From Promethearchaeota archaeon (GTDB lineage Archaea > Asgardarchaeota > Lokiarchaeia > Sigyniarchaeales > SOKP01), in assembly GCA_048939015.1 (NCBI GenBank), contig JBHLPW010000019.1, positions 13,765 through 77,764 on the forward strand: a stretch of 64,000 nt of DNA. Reading direction: 5' to 3'. The first letter of the stretch is position 1, and every line of letters begins with the position of its first letter. Shown piece after piece: positions 61,496 to 64,000 of this stretch. The notes under the pieces are model-generated. The model was not told the origin of the DNA and made no database searches. It saw only the letters and a list, made by a program, of their open reading frames with translations. A program made the translations under genes and the position numbers.

Positions 61496-61822
61496 ATGGT
61501 TAATGAGACTACTATCATAATAAAACACCGAAATGATAAAGATAAGTCGATTAAAGACGCTATCTTTGCATTTTCTGGAGGTAGAAAATCACTTTTAATT
61601 AAGGGTGAAGGAGATGAAATCAGTACCGCTGTAGAAGTAGCTGAAATTCTAAAAAGTCGAATGTATCCTAGAATTGAAATAGCCAACGTGTCTTTAGGGA
61701 GTCGTCCTTATTTTGATACTAGACAACGTGGTTATTATAATAAAAATTATAAAGTAAATAAGAAAAAGATCGATATAATTTCTAATATTGAAATCACTCT
61801 TCAAACCAGATCAACAGTCTAA
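61496..61822 (+). CDS. Divergent Alba-family protein
   Basis: LLIKGEGDEISTAVEVAEIL...SLGS...ISNIEITL aligns to Alba VIKARGRAISKAVDVAE...SxIEI. Confidence 0.7.
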   Translation: MVNETTIIIKHRNDKDKSIKDAIFAFSGGRKSLLIKGEGDEISTAVEVAEILKSRMYPRIEIANVSLGSRPYFDTRQRGYYNKNYKVNKKKIDIISNIEITLQTRSTV

Positions 61823-61826
61823 ATCT

Positions 61827-62009
61827 ATGAATTCAAGAGTTAAAAACAATTTTGAACATTTAGGACCTCTGCTAGACGAGCAAAGAACTCCAGCAATATG
61901 TGAGATTTGTAAGAATTTCATTTATAAAAGAGTTTATTACGATGAGAATTCGGATAAAAAAAGGAAAATTGTTTTTGTATGTAAGAATTGTTTAAATAAC
62001 AATAAATAA
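61827..62009 (+). CDS. Small zinc-ribbon protein
   Basis: ATG at 61827 just after the Alba stop; CEIC...CKNC. Confidence 0.65.
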   Translation: MNSRVKNNFEHLGPLLDEQRTPAICEICKNFIYKRVYYDENSDKKRKIVFVCKNCLNNNK

Positions 62010-62014
62010 TGAAT

Positions 62015-62848
62015 CTATTCCAAATTAGAATTCTTACTTCTTTCAAGTTTTTTCTGAGCTCGTTTCTCGAGATATTTTGTCCAATCAAAAGACATTATAA
62101 AAAACATTACAGTAATTGTAACTAATAGTAAAATGGCTTCAGTGATTACGCTTGAATTATCATTAGTTTGGATTCCTTGTGAAAATAAGCCAATTACTAC
62201 AAGGATAGGCCAACAACAATAGAATAATGTCGTGAAATTTTTCCCTAACCACCCTGGAATAATACATTTCCAGAAAGGATATTTAATCATTCCTAAAGGT
62301 AAAAATAATATATCATCTGGTAGAGGAGTTAATGCAAATAAAAAAATATAGAATGGAGCTCGTTTTTCATTTTTCAAGATCAATTTTCCAAATCCATTGA
62401 CATTATCTAATAAATTTGAATCTCTATGATCTACTAATTTTTTTGCTCCATAACCAACTCCATAGCCGGTAAGTTCTCCTAATGCACTTCCTAAACCACC
62501 CAATATTGCAAGACCGATAATTTGAAACCAAAAAGGACTTGATTTTAAGATTTGTGATAATTCCAATCCCATATTAGAAAAGTTTCGATATATTGAATCA
62601 GAAAGTGAAAATAACACAAATGGAAAGGGAACAGGAAATCCTATTGATGCTGAACCTAAAAAACAAATAACTAAAGATATTAAAAGTGCCCAGAAATAGT
62701 TTACTCCTTGGGTAATTATTGTTAGATTTTGTCTTGCACTAATAATGAAATCCTGAAAACCAGGTATAAATAAAAACAGAATTATGTATATTATTACAGA
62801 GAAATAGAAAATGATAAAGACTATCGTTAAATTCTTTGAAATTGTCAT
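62015..62848 (-). CDS. VTT/DedA-family membrane protein
   Basis: GSALGELTGYGVG, FALTPLPDD, GWLGK. Confidence 0.85.
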   Translation of the reverse strand: MTISKNLTIVFIIFYFSVIIYIILFLFIPGFQDFIISARQNLTIITQGVNYFWALLISLVICFLGSASIGFPVPFPFVLFSLSDSIYRNFSNMGLELSQILKSSPFWFQIIGLAILGGLGSALGELTGYGVGYGAKKLVDHRDSNLLDNVNGFGKLILKNEKRAPFYIFLFALTPLPDDILFLPLGMIKYPFWKCIIPGWLGKNFTTLFYCCWPILVVIGLFSQGIQTNDNSSVITEAILLLVTITVMFFIMSFDWTKYLEKRAQKKLERSKNSNLE

Positions 62849-62854
62849 AATTTC

Positions 62855-63229
62855 TTATATTTTTGAAATTTTTGTATTCAATCCATTTCGGGCTTTTAAA
62901 AGTAGTTCAAGATTAATATTTATTTTTCCAATACGATTAACTTTATTTGGCATTTCAATGTCTTCAATTGCTATTATCAATTCATCAGTTTTAGGATTAT
63001 AGAGAATATCGCCCTTTTCAACACTTGTTATAGATTTAGGATTAGTACCTTTATATATTTCAACACCAGGCAACGTCCAATAATCTTTCGAACCAAAACT
63101 ATATCTCCCTCTAAGTACAAATGGTAATTTATTAATTAGAGCATCTGCAGTTAGAGGAGAGAGATGACGGATTATTTCACCTTCAATATCACCAATTCCG
63201 AATAAAGTAATCTTTATCAATACACTCAT
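62855..63229 (-). CDS. Cyclophilin-like fold protein (DUF369 type)
   Basis: SPLTADALINKLPF, VEKGDILYNP, VNRIGKI. Confidence 0.75.
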   Translation of the reverse strand: MSVLIKITLFGIGDIEGEIIRHLSPLTADALINKLPFVLRGRYSFGSKDYWTLPGVEIYKGTNPKSITSVEKGDILYNPKTDELIIAIEDIEMPNKVNRIGKININLELLLKARNGLNTKISKI

Positions 63230-63317
63230 GTTTTAAAAATAATATAATTTCCAATATTTATATTATTTTAATTAGAGTGATAAAATAAGATAAAAATTTT
63301 GTTCGTAAAAATCAAAG

Positions 63318-63352
63318 ATTTTGTTATTTCCTTTAATAACAAAATTTAAATA
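63318..63352 (+). promoter_or_regulatory. 11-bp palindrome abutting a BRE/TATA box
   Basis: ATTTTGTTATT-TCCTTT-AATAACAAAAT (63318-63345) followed by TTTAAATA (63345-63352), about 24 nt upstream of 63376. Confidence 0.55.
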
Positions 63353-63375
63353 CTCAAATTGACATATAATTATCT

Positions 63376-63830
63376 GAAAAGGACAATATGCATTGGAATT
63401 AGATACAAAATTACGGTTTTTACACCAATTTAATAGTTACGATCTAATAACCCATTTCTTTATTTGTGACTTTTTTTTTGTTCACATCCTCTTGATTCAA
63501 ATTAGATTGACATCATTTAAATTATAATTCATTTGTTCCTGCAGTGCTCAATACTGTGAAAATAATGGATCAAATAGGCACTTCATAGCAGGTAATTACA
63601 AATCTCGCTTAAAATTACGATTTTGGTATATGAAATGTTGAAAATTTGAACTCTTGTTGAAGATAAGATAATAATTATTGATACATGAGACATCAAACCA
63701 TAATACCTATAAATCGGAATAAATAAATAAATAGGAGCTTTGATTTCATAATTGCTTCATCGGATAATCATATTCAAGTCCCTTTGAATCAATTATTCTT
63801 CGACTAATCGGAGCACCTATTGTCCTTTTC
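63376..63830 (+). ncRNA. Candidate large structured ncRNA (~455 nt), family unknown
   Basis: Perfect 13-bp terminal pairing GAAAAGGACAATA/TATTGTCCTTTTC; nested TTGATTCAAA/TTTGAATCAA and other helices; no tracked ORF; TATA upstream and T9 downstream. Confidence 0.55.
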
Positions 63831-64000
63831 TCTTTTTTTTTAATTTTTGAATATCATCCTCAAAATCAATATCAAAGAAATTGTACTCATTTTCAATTTT
63901 AAAGCAGAAAATTTTCTTTTGATTTAAAAGTAGAAGATTTAAAGCCTCCCAAAGCGTTTTAATTCCATTTCTTTGGCAAAAATTTAAAATTTCGATTACT
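63817..64000 (-). CDS. C-terminal end of a nucleotidyltransferase-like protein (5' part outside window)
   Basis: Manual translation ...KTLWEALNLLLLNQKKIFCFKIENEYNFFDIDFEDDIQKLKKKRKGQ*; DID..DD terminal motif. Confidence 0.55.
   Translation of the reverse strand, partial: VIEILNFCQRNGIKTLWEALNLLLLNQKKIFCFKIENEYNFFDIDFEDDIQKLKKKRKGQ

Noticed and set aside
2020-63002. Short ORFs antisense to or nested in long genes (e.g. 2020-2235, 2468-2839, 9071-9277, 16049-16351, 23996-24445, 27163-27510, 55695-55988, 61426-61686)
   Set aside because: They are shadow frames of well-supported genes and have no motifs
63376-63830. Calling the structured element RNase P RNA, SRP RNA or an rRNA
   Set aside because: The universal P4 and SRP helix-8 motifs were not found by eye, and it is too AT-rich; left as unknown pending cmscan

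Overview
This is an AT-rich (roughly 27-30% GC by eye) archaeal chromosomal window that looks like an Asgard archaeon of the Lokiarchaeia type. The evidence is archaeal gltX, thrS, ribK and ribL, plus a Rab-like GTPase, a longin-wHTH protein, a Rpn11-like JAMM protein and a Loki-CTERM-type surface protein. It holds about 60 CDS and one tRNA-Arg(GCG); I saw no rRNA, CRISPR array or transposase. Main observations: (1) a beta-helix ectodomain-TM-TIR protein with Toll-like-receptor topology, head-to-head with a paralogous anchored beta-helix protein; (2) an unannotated ~455-nt, multi-helix, end-paired RNA-like element at 63376-63830 with its own TATA box, upstream palindrome and T-tract; (3) an orphan CheR-coiled coil-CheD fusion whose CheD catalytic Cys is Gly; (4) an SDR / SCP2-like / divergent ALDH / SCP2-like operon; (5) a GT87 gene between two HGSNAT-like acyltransferases; (6) a candidate Bro1-like protein; (7) several genes that appear to need ATT/ATA start codons; (8) a degenerate tRNA 3'-half next to an HNH-type gene at the left edge. 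All family calls come from motif recognition by eye; no searches were run.
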